Of a stretch of 36,806 nt of DNA, positions 18,849-29,199 are shown one piece after another. Location of the stretch: the NCBI GenBank assembly GCA_046582655.1, contig JAYGDX010000176.1:1-36806 (forward strand), read 5' to 3'. Numbering within the stretch: the stretch's first letter is position 1; every line of letters begins with the position of its first letter. A program made the position numbers and the translations under genes. This DNA is from Candidatus Poribacteria bacterium (GTDB taxonomy: Bacteria > Poribacteria > WGA-4E > UBA9662). The notes below the pieces were generated by a model. The model did not search any database and was not told the origin of the DNA. It worked only from the letters and a program-made list of their open reading frames with translations.

Positions 18849-20441
18849 TTAGTCTCCTTCATCCACCTCAGCGATTAAGGCTTCTGTTGTCAGCAAAAGA
18901 CCCGCCACGCTGGAAGCATTTTGAATGACCTCCCTGACAACTTTCGTTGGATCAGCAATACCAGCATCCAGCAAATCCTCATACTCGAGGGAATTAGCGT
19001 TAAATCCATATGAGCCTTCACCCGACAAGACATTAGCCACGACCACGGAACCTTCCTGTCCGGCGTTCTCAGCAATTGCCCTAACCGGTTCAGTCAAAAC
19101 ACGATTAATGATATCTGCTCCGACCGCTTGATCTCCATCCAGTTGTATGCTGTTAAGATCATCCCGAGACCGCAATAAAGCGACACCTCCACCAGGAACG
19201 ACTCCTTCCTCAACTGCAGCACGAATGGCTGAAAGAGCATCTTCAAAACGTGATTTTTTCTCTTTCATTTCGACTTCTGTATCCGCGCCAACATTCACAA
19301 CAGCCACGCCGCCAGCAAGTTTAGCCAACCGTTCTTCGAGTTTCTCTCTGTCATAGTCAGAGGTTGTCTGCTCAATTTGTAAGCGGATCCGAGAAATTTG
19401 TTTTTCAATCGCGCCTGAGTCACCAGCACCACCAACGATTGTCGTATTGTCTTTATCAATCACGACACGACGTGCACTGCCAAGCATACCTATGACTATG
19501 TTTTGAAGCCTAATACCGCGATCCTCAGAAATGACTTGTCCTTTGGTTAAAACCGAAATATCATCTAGCATGGCCTTTCTACGATCACCGAAGCCAGGAG
19601 CTTTAACGGCGGCAACATTCAAACCGCCACGCAATTTATTCACAACCAACACCGACAAGGCTTCTCCCTCTATATCCTCTGCGATGATTAAGATGGATCG
19701 TTGAAGTTCTGACGCTTTTTCGAGAATTGGGACTAAATCAACAACAGTACTAATTTTGCCCTCGTTAATTAAAATTAATGGGTTTTCCAGCTCAACAGTT
19801 TGATTTTCTACATTTGTGACGAAATGTGCTGAAAGGAAACCACGATCAAATTGCATGCCTTCGACAATATCAATTGTAGTTTCTGCAACCTTTCCTTCTT
19901 CAATCGTAATAACGCCATCTTTACCAATTTTTTCTATGGCATCAGCTAAAATCTCCCCGATATTGCTTCCATTGGCATCATCGTTCGCAGCGATTGACGC
20001 AACTTGTATTATTTCGTCGGGAGTGCTGATTTCTTTGCTCTGAATTTTCAGATTTTCAACTACAACTTCAGTTGCTTTCTCAATGCCGCGTTTTAGTTGC
20101 ATGACATCCGCGCCAGCAGCGACATTTTTTATCCCTTCGTTGATGATTTGTGTCGCAAGTAAAGTTGCAGTGGTTGTTCCATCTCCTACGGCATCGTTTG
20201 TTTTAGTGGCAACTGATTTCAGCAAACTCACCCCAATGTTTTCATATTTATCAGGAAGCTCAATCTCTTTAGCCACAGAAACACCATCGCTTATAACAAC
20301 GGGCGCACCAAATGATTTTTGAAGTACAACGTTCCTACCTTTTGGCCCTAACGTGGCAACTACTGCCTTACTCAGCAAGTCCGCGCCACGTTTCAGCGCT
20401 GCCCGTGCTTCAGTGTCATATATCAACTGCTTTGCTGCCAT
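18849..20441 (-). CDS. groEL: Chaperonin GroEL paralog
   Basis: [47 protein letters not shown] and VPGGG. RBS GGAGG. Confidence 0.97.
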   Translation of the reverse strand: MAAKQLIYDTEARAALKRGADLLSKAVVATLGPKGRNVVLQKSFGAPVVISDGVSVAKEIELPDKYENIGVSLLKSVATKTNDAVGDGTTTATLLATQIINEGIKNVAAGADVMQLKRGIEKATEVVVENLKIQSKEISTPDEIIQVASIAANDDANGSNIGEILADAIEKIGKDGVITIEEGKVAETTIDIVEGMQFDRGFLSAHFVTNVENQTVELENPLILINEGKISTVVDLVPILEKASELQRSILIIAEDIEGEALSVLVVNKLRGGLNVAAVKAPGFGDRRKAMLDDISVLTKGQVISEDRGIRLQNIVIGMLGSARRVVIDKDNTTIVGGAGDSGAIEKQISRIRLQIEQTTSDYDREKLEERLAKLAGGVAVVNVGADTEVEMKEKKSRFEDALSAIRAAVEEGVVPGGGVALLRSRDDLNSIQLDGDQAVGADIINRVLTEPVRAIAENAGQEGSVVVANVLSGEGSYGFNANSLEYEDLLDAGIADPTKVVREVIQNASSVAGLLLTTEALIAEVDEGD

Positions 20442-20493
20442 GTGTATTATTCCTCCAAAAATGTTTAATCTCTTAAATGAAAAACGACGTACA

Positions 20494-20523
20494 ATTATAC
20501 ATTAACATGATATTCAAAGTCAA
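20494..20523 (-). promoter_or_regulatory. sigma70 promoter of groEL
   Basis: Minus strand TTGACT-N18-TATAAT. Confidence 0.6.
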
Positions 20524-20737
20524 ACTGTAATAGAGCTAGATTAAAGGTTGATTGCATCAAGCAAACTAGCTTAAAACTTATACTATTAAACAGTGTTCTC
20601 TATGCTTTGAGAAATCCAGAATAACGTATTCTATTAAATTTTATACTTAATTATTAGTATTGAAGAAATTAAAAGAATTGCTGGCTACAACTGAATCCGG
20701 GTATTCTAATCCATAGCAAAATTCAAAAAAGTACCAG

Positions 20738-21028
20738 CTATGAATAGAATGCAACAGCTGATCGGTGGCTCAGTTGATTGTCGCTCAGGTAGACAAAGCA
20801 CTTCTGGCTGACAATCTCCAATGGCTTCTTTTTGTCAGGCTCAACCTGTGTTCCTAATCCGAAGGCAGATAAAGACTGAAACATCTACAACTGCATCAAC
20901 AGCCATTGGTAATTGAGCCAACCTTCAAACTGCTGAAGGTTGGCATGGCCATGGTACAGATTCCATGCTGGATCAAAGGCATTAGAAAGATCCACCAATA
21001 GGTAGTTAATCACTTCTTTGCTTTCATC
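20738..21028 (-). pseudogene. Possible relic of an unknown gene
   Basis: A 97-codon frame (DESKEVINYLLVDLSNAFDPAWNLYHG...) with one internal TAG at 20885-20887. No family recognised. Confidence 0.3.
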
Positions 21029-21298
21029 TCAATACTTTAATTGCAACAAATTACATCCTCGACCTTTACGCTTTACACCAAATCACTTGGCACATAATAT
21101 AATCGCCATTTTTCACCAATACTATTAATTAATGTATGCCGGTTTAGTTGACTTCAATGCCCCCTTACGCAAGTCGAAGAAACAGAAGTTCGGAGATTTT
21201 TGAGTCCAAATATTTTTTCGAAGAGTTTTACTACTTAACGTTGTAGGAGGTCTAATTAGACCAATGAATGATCAAAAACAGGGAGAAAAATAAAAAAT

Positions 21299-22300
21299 AT
21301 GGAAGTATTAGTTATCGGTGGCACGGGAAACATTAGTCGTGGAATTGTAACCGCGTTACTAGATCAGAATCACGAAGTTACTCTATTTAATCGAGGGCGA
21401 CATCCCGATCCTCCGTCTTCTGATGTACGCGTTATTCACGGTGATCGGCGCCAACGTAAGGATTTCGAAGATAAAATGCGTTCCGAGGCTTTTGACGCTG
21501 TTATCGATATGATTTCCTTTGATGCGGAAGATGCCGCTTCTGCATTACGTGCGTTTCGCTGGCGAGTAGCACACTTTATCCAATGTTCAACGGTCATGAC
21601 TTATGGTCCACCGTTTAGTGGAATAAACTTGGATGAGGAAGCTCCATTGAACGGTCAATCGAAATACGGACTTGATAAAATTGCTGCTGATAAATTATTG
21701 CTGGAAGCGTATAGGGAAGATGGATTTCCGGTTACCATTTTCAAGCCATCTTATACCTACGGTCCCGGTATGGATGTGCAAAGGCAAGTAGGCGGTGACA
21801 GCAGTTGGATAGATCGGATTCGTCAAGAAAAACCAATTCTTTCTGCCGGAGATGGCCTAAGCTATTTCCAATTTCTTTCATCACATGATGCTGGAGTTGG
21901 GTTTGAATCTGTACTTGGTCGATCAAAATGCTTTGGTGAAATTTATAACATCCCTCATCCGCAACCACGAACGTGGGACCAATGGCATTATGCAGTTGCT
22001 GAAGCACTGGATGTTAAAGCCAAAATCATCCATGTTCCACAAGATGTCTTAATTGCGATCTCACCAGAGCGTTTTGGTGGATTAAGCATGAACTTCGGAC
22101 ACACGCAAATCTTTAGCAATTCAAAAATCGCTAGGGATATTCCTGAATTTCAACCTAAACAGGATCTAGTAAAAAGTTTGGAGGAAAACATTGCATGGAT
22201 GGATAGACATAATCGTGTACATAGCAGTGACGACAGCGATCTAGAAGATAGAATCATTGCTGCAATCGAAGCATTACCCAGTCACTTTGAGGGCAATTAG
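21299..22300 (+). CDS. NAD-dependent epimerase/dehydratase family (atypical SDR)
   Basis: IGGTGNIS, LFNRG, GDR, DAVIDM, YGLDK and TYGPG. Confidence 0.9.
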   Translation: MEVLVIGGTGNISRGIVTALLDQNHEVTLFNRGRHPDPPSSDVRVIHGDRRQRKDFEDKMRSEAFDAVIDMISFDAEDAASALRAFRWRVAHFIQCSTVMTYGPPFSGINLDEEAPLNGQSKYGLDKIAADKLLLEAYREDGFPVTIFKPSYTYGPGMDVQRQVGGDSSWIDRIRQEKPILSAGDGLSYFQFLSSHDAGVGFESVLGRSKCFGEIYNIPHPQPRTWDQWHYAVAEALDVKAKIIHVPQDVLIAISPERFGGLSMNFGHTQIFSNSKIARDIPEFQPKQDLVKSLEENIAWMDRHNRVHSSDDSDLEDRIIAAIEALPSHFEGN

Positions 22301-22439
22301 CTAACTATTTTGTCTCCTGCTAGGAGATAAAACAACCTCTAAAATTGCACGGAGTTCAAAACTTGGGTTATGATGTAATATACTACAACATCATCAACAT
22401 TCTACTATAACTACACTTGAATATGTGGAGAAAATACTA

Positions 22440-22964
22440 ATGGCTTTTAATGTAAAAAAGCGTGGAAAATTGACTTACTATTATCATGGGGAAACTCCAG
22501 TTCTTTCAGCACTTGTCACGGAAACATTACCCGATGGCGATTTGAAGATTTACTTTTCCGGACTGACCGGTGGGTATTCGGCAAAAGGAGTTCTCAACTT
22601 GGAGGAACTGGTTTCAATGAATCCTGATGATGAAATTCCACTGGTGTTCAAAAGTTGGGAGTCTTGGTTGCAAGAAGCCGATATTTGTGATTCGCTGAAA
22701 GACATCGACTTTGTCGAGGTTCACGCGTTTGGATGTCAGCCTAAATCACCAAACCCGCTGGTAGATCCTCAGGGATATCTTGTCGAACAAGAGAGGTTGC
22801 GTCAAGCTTATGCTCGAGCCTACAGCAACTTTTTCAAGGATTATATGCCTGAAAATGGCGTGCCAGCCCGATTTACAGTACACGTGGTTGACGTGCCGGA
22901 TCAAGCAGCCTCATACGAATTCTATGCTATTGCTCTCTACCAGAAATCGTTACAGGCGAAATAG
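22440..22964 (+). CDS. Hypothetical protein with Rid/YjgF-like C-terminal signature
   Basis: ATG after GGAG. AYSNFF...PARFTVHVVDVP...YEFYAIA resembles the Rid pattern YxxFF...PARxxVxVxxLP...VEIEAIA. Confidence 0.65.
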   Translation: MAFNVKKRGKLTYYYHGETPVLSALVTETLPDGDLKIYFSGLTGGYSAKGVLNLEELVSMNPDDEIPLVFKSWESWLQEADICDSLKDIDFVEVHAFGCQPKSPNPLVDPQGYLVEQERLRQAYARAYSNFFKDYMPENGVPARFTVHVVDVPDQAASYEFYAIALYQKSLQAK

Positions 22965-23052
22965 TAAGCTCTTTTAAGTTTCCACATCTGCTGGGAAGTA
23001 ATTAATTGTATAATATGCTAACCTACAATTTTTTCATGAGGTAAGGTGAATA

Positions 23053-24216
23053 ATGACTTATGATCTCATTTTGAAAGGTGGGCATGTGGTTGATCCGGCA
23101 AATCAGATCGACGCGGTTATGGACGTTGCCATCAAAGACAGGAAAATTGCTGCGGTTTTGCCGAATATCCCATCTACAGAAAGTAGCAAGACAGTCTCTG
23201 TCTTTGGTTACTATGTGACTCCTGGTTTGATTGACATTCATGTTCACGTTTACGGAGGATATGATGGCTGGATGTTTCCTGATGTTCATTCATTCACAAA
23301 TGGTGTCACAACAGTTGTTGATACGGGCGGAGCTGGTTGGAAGTCTTTCGAAGAATTTAGAGATACCATTATAACAAAATCCCAAACCCGTGTTTTAGTT
23401 CTTTTAAATATTGTTGGAGCGGGAATGTTGGGCGCGGTTGAACAAGATATAAATGAAATGGATCCGGTTCCTTGTGCTGAAACTGTGCAGAAGTACCCTG
23501 AATCTATTGTGGGTGTTAAAACCGCGCATTTTGGCGGGGCAGGTTGGGAGGCAGTAGATAGAGCCATTCGGGCTGCTGAACTAAGCAACACACCTGTAAT
23601 GATTGATTTTTGGCCAAGACCAACACGATCCTATTCGGATCTAATCCTGAAGCGTATGCGGCCAAATGATATCCATACGCATGTATACGCGCAACATATT
23701 CCAACCTTAGATTCGGATGGGAAAGTTGAAGACTACATGCTTGAAGCCCGAGAGCGAGGAATTCTCTTTGACTTGGGACATGGCGCAGGAAGTTTCTGGT
23801 GGCGGGTTGCAGTTCCTGCGATTCAGCAAGGATTTTTACCAGATACTATTAGTACAGATCTACATAAACGTAGCGCTCTTATTCCCAACGCAAACATGTT
23901 GACCACCATGTCGAAATGCCTCAACATGGGAATGTCGTTAGAAGATGTCCTTCTACGGTCAACTGCGAAACCAGCCCAAGCAATTCATCGGTTGGAATTG
24001 GGTAATCTCGGCATCGATGCGGAAGCTGATATTGCTGTCCTCGACTTGCAAAGAGGTAATTTTGGGTTCGTTGATTCAGGGCATGCCAGACTTCAGGGGA
24101 ATCAAAAGCTTCAGTGTATGATGACCATCCGAAGTGGCCAGATTGTCTGGGATCCAAATGGTTTAAGCTGGCCTGACTGGAAGACTGCAGGAGAGTATAC
24201 GGTTATAAACCACTAG
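23053..24216 (+). CDS. Amidohydrolase/deacetylase family metallohydrolase (dihydroorotase-like)
   Basis: KGGHVVDP, PGLIDIHVH, GVTTVVDTG, IVGVK, DIHTH, DLGHGAGSF and TISTDLH. Confidence 0.9.
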   Translation: MTYDLILKGGHVVDPANQIDAVMDVAIKDRKIAAVLPNIPSTESSKTVSVFGYYVTPGLIDIHVHVYGGYDGWMFPDVHSFTNGVTTVVDTGGAGWKSFEEFRDTIITKSQTRVLVLLNIVGAGMLGAVEQDINEMDPVPCAETVQKYPESIVGVKTAHFGGAGWEAVDRAIRAAELSNTPVMIDFWPRPTRSYSDLILKRMRPNDIHTHVYAQHIPTLDSDGKVEDYMLEARERGILFDLGHGAGSFWWRVAVPAIQQGFLPDTISTDLHKRSALIPNANMLTTMSKCLNMGMSLEDVLLRSTAKPAQAIHRLELGNLGIDAEADIAVLDLQRGNFGFVDSGHARLQGNQKLQCMMTIRSGQIVWDPNGLSWPDWKTAGEYTVINH

Positions 24217-24713
24217 TTCTGATAACAAAATTGAAAGTTTACCGACAAACATTCAATTCACCCCCAAGCCCTTTTACATGACCACATCGAAAGTGACTAT
24301 TGAGTATCCTAACTCCACTGTAAGACTGTAGGTTTCAGATCAGACACAACTGCGAAAAGCCAAAACAAACACATAGTATTCTGTTTATGTTAATTTGAGT
24401 TGTCGTGGGTACATGGTTTTCACCTTTATCTTGTGTAATATTGTTGGGAATGCCAGTTTTTTGCCGCCGCAGTGAAAAGCTTTTCGGATTGCAGAATCAT
24501 CATGGGTTTGTATATAATATGGGCAACATATGTAGAAGAATTTGTGGCGATTTACAGAAAACTTGACTTTAATATATTTTTAGGGGTTAATTAATATAGC
24601 GAAGGGATTCGGTCAATCAGGGCGAAATCCTTTATGCTGTGTCATGAAAAATTGGATTTTTGATATGGGTTCTATTGTGCAATTTACTGTTTATTAGGAG
24701 GTATTAGATTGTA

Positions 24714-25361
24714 ATGAACGAAAATCAAGTTGAATATTCAACTTTAGCAGATCAGGTTCGCCAGAATGTAAAAAAACGAATAATTAATCAAGAACTTAAA
24801 CCTGGTTCTCGATTAATCGTTAGTCACCTGGCTGCAGAAATGGGAACTAGTCTAACCCCCATCCGAGAAGCGTTGAGGCTTTTGGTCAAAGATGGGCTTG
24901 TCGAGATTATTGCTCATAAAGGTGCCCAGGTTGTTATGCCATCTCAGGAGCAGTTCAAGGATCTCTTTGATGTGCGTACTGTTTTAGAGAGTCTGGCTAT
25001 TAACTTGGCTGTCCCGAATTTGAGTCCTGCGGATTACAAAAGATTGGAAGAAATTTTACAAGCAGGTGATAAAAGCATCGAGGCAGAAGATCCAAAAGCT
25101 TGGCTAGACACAGATGAGCAACTGCACAGCTACATTATTCAGAAATCTGATAATGAAGTCTTATTTCAGTTGCTGGATAATATTCGAAATCGTATAAACA
25201 TCTTTCGAATATTAACTGCTCAATTACCTGCCAGAGCTAAAAGAGCTCAAAAAGAACATCGAGCTGTCGTTGCTGCCATGAAGAGGCAGAAGAATCAAGA
25301 AGCAGAAGAGCTGATTGCAAAGCATATCGAAAATACCTACGAAGTTGGTATTGGAGCCTAA
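24714..25361 (+). CDS. GntR family regulator (FadR/FCD)
   Basis: LKPGSRL...LAAEMGTSLTPIREAL...GLV, an FCD domain with EH, and RBS AGGAGG. Confidence 0.93.
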   Translation: MNENQVEYSTLADQVRQNVKKRIINQELKPGSRLIVSHLAAEMGTSLTPIREALRLLVKDGLVEIIAHKGAQVVMPSQEQFKDLFDVRTVLESLAINLAVPNLSPADYKRLEEILQAGDKSIEAEDPKAWLDTDEQLHSYIIQKSDNEVLFQLLDNIRNRINIFRILTAQLPARAKRAQKEHRAVVAAMKRQKNQEAEELIAKHIENTYEVGIGA

Positions 25362-25405
25362 AAACGCCATTTCCCACATGTTCGATCTTTTTTCACCGTG
25401 GGTGG

Positions 25406-25423
25406 ATAACCTCTAGAGGTTAT
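25406..25423. promoter_or_regulatory. Perfect 18-bp palindrome, candidate operator
   Basis: ATAACCTCTAGAGGTTAT, between gntR and the BKACE gene. Confidence 0.4.
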
Positions 25424-25666
25424 TCGATAAACTCCATTAGACTATTTCGCAATACTGCCTCATTGGAAAATCTTGGCTTTTAGTATTGTTTATTAGAAAG
25501 TTAGAAAGTCCGGCAAGTTTTTGGCTGATTCCCACCTCGTATTTGCATTCCACACAGCTACTATCTCAAACGAGTGTAGACATTTAGCGATATTATAATA
25601 TAAAACATACCCGACGATGTTGGTTATCCTGTCTCAAAGACCAAATTTGGCAAGGATACTTAATCC

Positions 25667-26527
25667 ATGGAAAAACTTATTATCACCGTTACATGCGATT
25701 CGACGATGTCATATCCTAGTAATCCCCATAATCCCAAAAGTGTAGCAACCCAAGCTGAAGAATATATACGCAGCGTGAATGCTGGAGCAAGTATTTGTCA
25801 CTTACACGGGCCATACACCGTCGACGAGGAAATCCAAGCTGATGGTACCAAATTGTCTGATTTGGATGTTCCTGGGTGGGCAAGCTTGAAGGGATTGATT
25901 GAGGATAAATGTGATCCGATAATCCAATATGGTATTGCAAACGGTCGTTTCCCACAGCGTAAAGAACTTATGAAACAGCATCCTGATATGATGTCGATCT
26001 GTTTCAATGCTCACGATGAATGCTTTGATTACGAACCGGGAAATCCCCCTGTTGAGCTATATGGCATTCATGATCGGAACGAGTTGGCTGAATATTGTCG
26101 GGTCACAGCCGAATATGGTGTCAAAGTGGAGGTTGAAGCATTTCACTATGGCGGTATCTGGAACGCCGTGAGGTTAGTTGAACAGGGACTATTGAAAACA
26201 CCTGTTTGGACAACATTTTTTCTCGGTTGGAAAGGAGGTTGCTGGACACCTCCAACTCCTAAAGCGATGATGTATATGCATGATCACAAACCGGACAATT
26301 TCAACTATAACGTAAGTGTTATGGATCCCTCAACACATTGGCAGATCCTGACCACAGCTATCATCTTGGGTGGACATGTTCGGGTTGGGATGGAAGATAA
26401 TCCTTATTTGGCTCTTGGTAAATATGCTAAGAGTAATGCCGAATTAGTGGAGAAGATTGTACGTATCTCCCGAGAATTGGGAAGAGAGATTGCTTCACCA
26501 GAAGAAGCTCACCAAATTATTGGATAA
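25667..26527 (+). CDS. Beta-keto acid cleavage enzyme family (BKACE/DUF849, Kce-like)
   Basis: KLIITV, AGASICHLH (HxH), GVKVEVEAF, GGHVRVGMEDN, SNAELVEK and GREIASPEEA. Confidence 0.9.
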   Translation: MEKLIITVTCDSTMSYPSNPHNPKSVATQAEEYIRSVNAGASICHLHGPYTVDEEIQADGTKLSDLDVPGWASLKGLIEDKCDPIIQYGIANGRFPQRKELMKQHPDMMSICFNAHDECFDYEPGNPPVELYGIHDRNELAEYCRVTAEYGVKVEVEAFHYGGIWNAVRLVEQGLLKTPVWTTFFLGWKGGCWTPPTPKAMMYMHDHKPDNFNYNVSVMDPSTHWQILTTAIILGGHVRVGMEDNPYLALGKYAKSNAELVEKIVRISRELGREIASPEEAHQIIG

Positions 26528-26544
26528 ACAGCAGGAGGTTGCAG

Positions 26545-27345
26545 ATGGCATGTATCAATGCTGTTAGTTTTTATGAGAATCGGAGCATCGAAGATATTTG
26601 TCACCTCATACAGGGAATAGGTTTTGAATCGATAGAAGTTTCCCGTATACCTTTCTTTGAAAAACTTACCACCACTGGGACACGAAAAGTCTTTGCTGAT
26701 TGGGTTAAAGGGCTTGGCCTGTCAATGTATGGTTTCGATGCCTGGGTGGACTTTGATCCCTATCACGCCAGAGAAGAAACAGTAGGAGGTTTCAAGCAGG
26801 CAATTGATTTTGCCTCCGACCTTGATCTCGTTCAGATTATCGCCCATGATGGGCAAATAGATATCGCTGACGGGAGAAGTCCGGGGGAATGCCTTCAGAT
26901 CCTTATTCCTCTCTTCCAAGAGATTGCGGATCTCTCAGGTCAGAATGGGTTAAAGGTTGTATTAGAACCTCATCCGGATACATTGAGCATGGATGACACC
27001 TTCGCCATTGATCTGATTGATGGAATTGATCGCTGCAATATCGGTTTGGTGTACGATTGCTGTCATTACGGAGTCGGACAACCCGATACATATCTTCAGG
27101 CAATTAAGAATTTAGCGCATCGCATTCAACACATTCATTTTTCAGATGGAGATAGTCGTACTTATGCCCTGCATCTTCCTCTGGGAGAAGGGGAACTAGC
27201 ACTGGATGCCATCGTTGAAAACCTGCAAGAGATTAGTTTTAATGGTACTTTAACAAGTGATATGTATAACTATCCTCTGCTGGAAGATGGAGCAAAACGT
27301 AATTTAGAACGTATAAAAATGGTAGAAGAAAAATTAGGACTATAG
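26545..27345 (+). CDS. Sugar-phosphate isomerase/epimerase (xylose isomerase-like TIM barrel)
   Basis: GFESIE, LEPHP, GLVYDCCH, IQHIHFSD and HLPLGEG. ATG after AGGAGG. Confidence 0.85.
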   Translation: MACINAVSFYENRSIEDICHLIQGIGFESIEVSRIPFFEKLTTTGTRKVFADWVKGLGLSMYGFDAWVDFDPYHAREETVGGFKQAIDFASDLDLVQIIAHDGQIDIADGRSPGECLQILIPLFQEIADLSGQNGLKVVLEPHPDTLSMDDTFAIDLIDGIDRCNIGLVYDCCHYGVGQPDTYLQAIKNLAHRIQHIHFSDGDSRTYALHLPLGEGELALDAIVENLQEISFNGTLTSDMYNYPLLEDGAKRNLERIKMVEEKLGL

Positions 27346-27553
27346 CTGACAAATTGGCTCTGATGTCCTTTGTCTGATTAATTCTAAATTTCTATCTGTT
27401 AATTAAACACATAATTGATTGTTTCGTTTTCGTACGTTGTGTTCTCCGTCGTCTTTATCTAACTCGCTTGGATCTGACTGCGAACAAAATCCAGGGGGGT
27501 GCTGATCATCCGCAGTACTTCAGAACGAAATAGTTATCCACTTGGAAACATTT

Positions 27554-28573
27554 ATGAAAGCTGCCGTCTTACATAAGGTCGGTAATCCTTTGTGCATCGA
27601 AGATGTTCCCATACCGCAAATTGGGCCAGATGATGTACTAGTTGAAACCAAAGCATGTGGGATATGCCGAACGGATCTACACATCTACGACGGACTGGCA
27701 TACATTCCTCAGCTTCCTCATATTCTTGGGCATGAGCCAGCAGGTATTGTGGTCGAGGTAGGTCAGAATGTATCTGGTTTTGAGACAGGACAGCGTGTCG
27801 TGCCTCATCTTTTTTTTACTTGTGGAAATTGCTACTATTGCCGTGTAGGATCAGATGCCCAGTGTGCAAACCTCATAGGATTGCTGGGAGTATTAAATGA
27901 TGGTGCTTTTGCTGAGTACTTCGTTGCCCCTGCAGAGAATCTATTTGTTTTACCCAAGCAAATTTCCTTCGAAGTTGGTGGTTTATCAAGTTGCGCTGCA
28001 ATTACTGCTATCCATGCGATTAGAAGGACAAGGTTAGGACCAAATGATACTGCGGTGATAGTTGGGTCTGGTGGGATCGGGCAGATATTAGTTCAGATAC
28101 TAAGGGCCTCGGGAGTAAACATTGTTGCCACCAGTCGAACGCAAGGGAAGCTAGAAACAGCAAAAAAACTCGGTGCGGATCTGGCACTACAACCGGACCA
28201 TCCTGATACCCTTAAACAGATCAAAGAATTTGCGGGGGGTGATGGTGTACAATGTGTTTTCGATTGTGTTGGCACTTCCACTACCATGAAGGCCAGTGCC
28301 GAGTATGTTATGCGTGGTGGACAGATTGTGGTTATTGGCGAAGAACCTGAATTTCCAGAAATTGATACTATCCAAATCGCACAGCGGGAACTAGAGATTA
28401 TTGGTACTCGAAACGGTTCTAGGCAGGATATTGACGATGTCATCGGCATGCTAGCCGCCGGAATAATTAACCCTCCGATCGCAAAAACATTTCCACTAGA
28501 GGAGGTTAACCAAGCTTTAGATCTAATGAGAATTGGAGGGGTAAACGGCAGGATTGTCATTACAGTCCAGTAG
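27554..28573 (+). CDS. Zinc-dependent (MDR) alcohol dehydrogenase
   Basis: CGICRTD, GHE, structural Zn site CGNCYYC...C, and GSGGIG. Confidence 0.93.
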   Translation: MKAAVLHKVGNPLCIEDVPIPQIGPDDVLVETKACGICRTDLHIYDGLAYIPQLPHILGHEPAGIVVEVGQNVSGFETGQRVVPHLFFTCGNCYYCRVGSDAQCANLIGLLGVLNDGAFAEYFVAPAENLFVLPKQISFEVGGLSSCAAITAIHAIRRTRLGPNDTAVIVGSGGIGQILVQILRASGVNIVATSRTQGKLETAKKLGADLALQPDHPDTLKQIKEFAGGDGVQCVFDCVGTSTTMKASAEYVMRGGQIVVIGEEPEFPEIDTIQIAQRELEIIGTRNGSRQDIDDVIGMLAAGIINPPIAKTFPLEEVNQALDLMRIGGVNGRIVITVQ

Positions 28574-28618
28574 ACATGCCAGAGCTAATGATCGAAAACC
28601 GAGATAACAGAGAATAGA

Positions 28619-28999
28619 ATGAAGGCGAACAAAGTGTTTCAACAACGAATAAAACAGTGGATTGAGGAATTAAAACGAGGCGAACTGACTGAAGCAAGTT
28701 TACATACGGGGCTGGCAGAATTCAATCATATCGAACCACAAAGGCAAGATTTGCTCTATCTTCAAACAAGTGGGACCTCTTTAACTTCCGGGGTTCATGG
28801 CATCCTTCTGGTAGAGAACGGTCAGATATCTGAAATCCCGTCTAATCCTGATGACTGGCCTTACCAATCGGTGCTTGAAGCAATCAGGGGGGGATGGCAC
28901 GTCATCCAGTTCCCGAACATGGCATTATTGATGGATGAGTCACGTACATACGGTTTAGGCTGTGAATTCATTTTGGAGAAAAGCACTAACGCCTTGTAG
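28619..28999 (+). CDS. Hypothetical protein
   Basis: 126 aa ORF in the operon, with globular-looking motifs QDLLYL, WPYQSVLEAIRGGWHVIQFP and EFILEK. Confidence 0.75.
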   Translation: MKANKVFQQRIKQWIEELKRGELTEASLHTGLAEFNHIEPQRQDLLYLQTSGTSLTSGVHGILLVENGQISEIPSNPDDWPYQSVLEAIRGGWHVIQFPNMALLMDESRTYGLGCEFILEKSTNAL

Positions 29000-29199
29000 T
29001 GTGAATGTCATCGGATCGAAACCCCACCAAAGGGGTGGTTTTAACCGAGAATATACTCCAGTACTTGCTTTTTTTACAGGTTGATCCTTTCCTAACTTAT
29101 TTATCTTACCTTTCTCTGTTCTCTGCGCGCAAATTTAAGATTACCATAACTTTATACAATATTTACAACTTCTTTTTAGGACTTTACATAAGAAACGCG

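Noticed and set aside
21088..21103. TGGCAC as a third sigma54 promoter
   Set aside because: The -12 position reads ATAAT, not TTGC.
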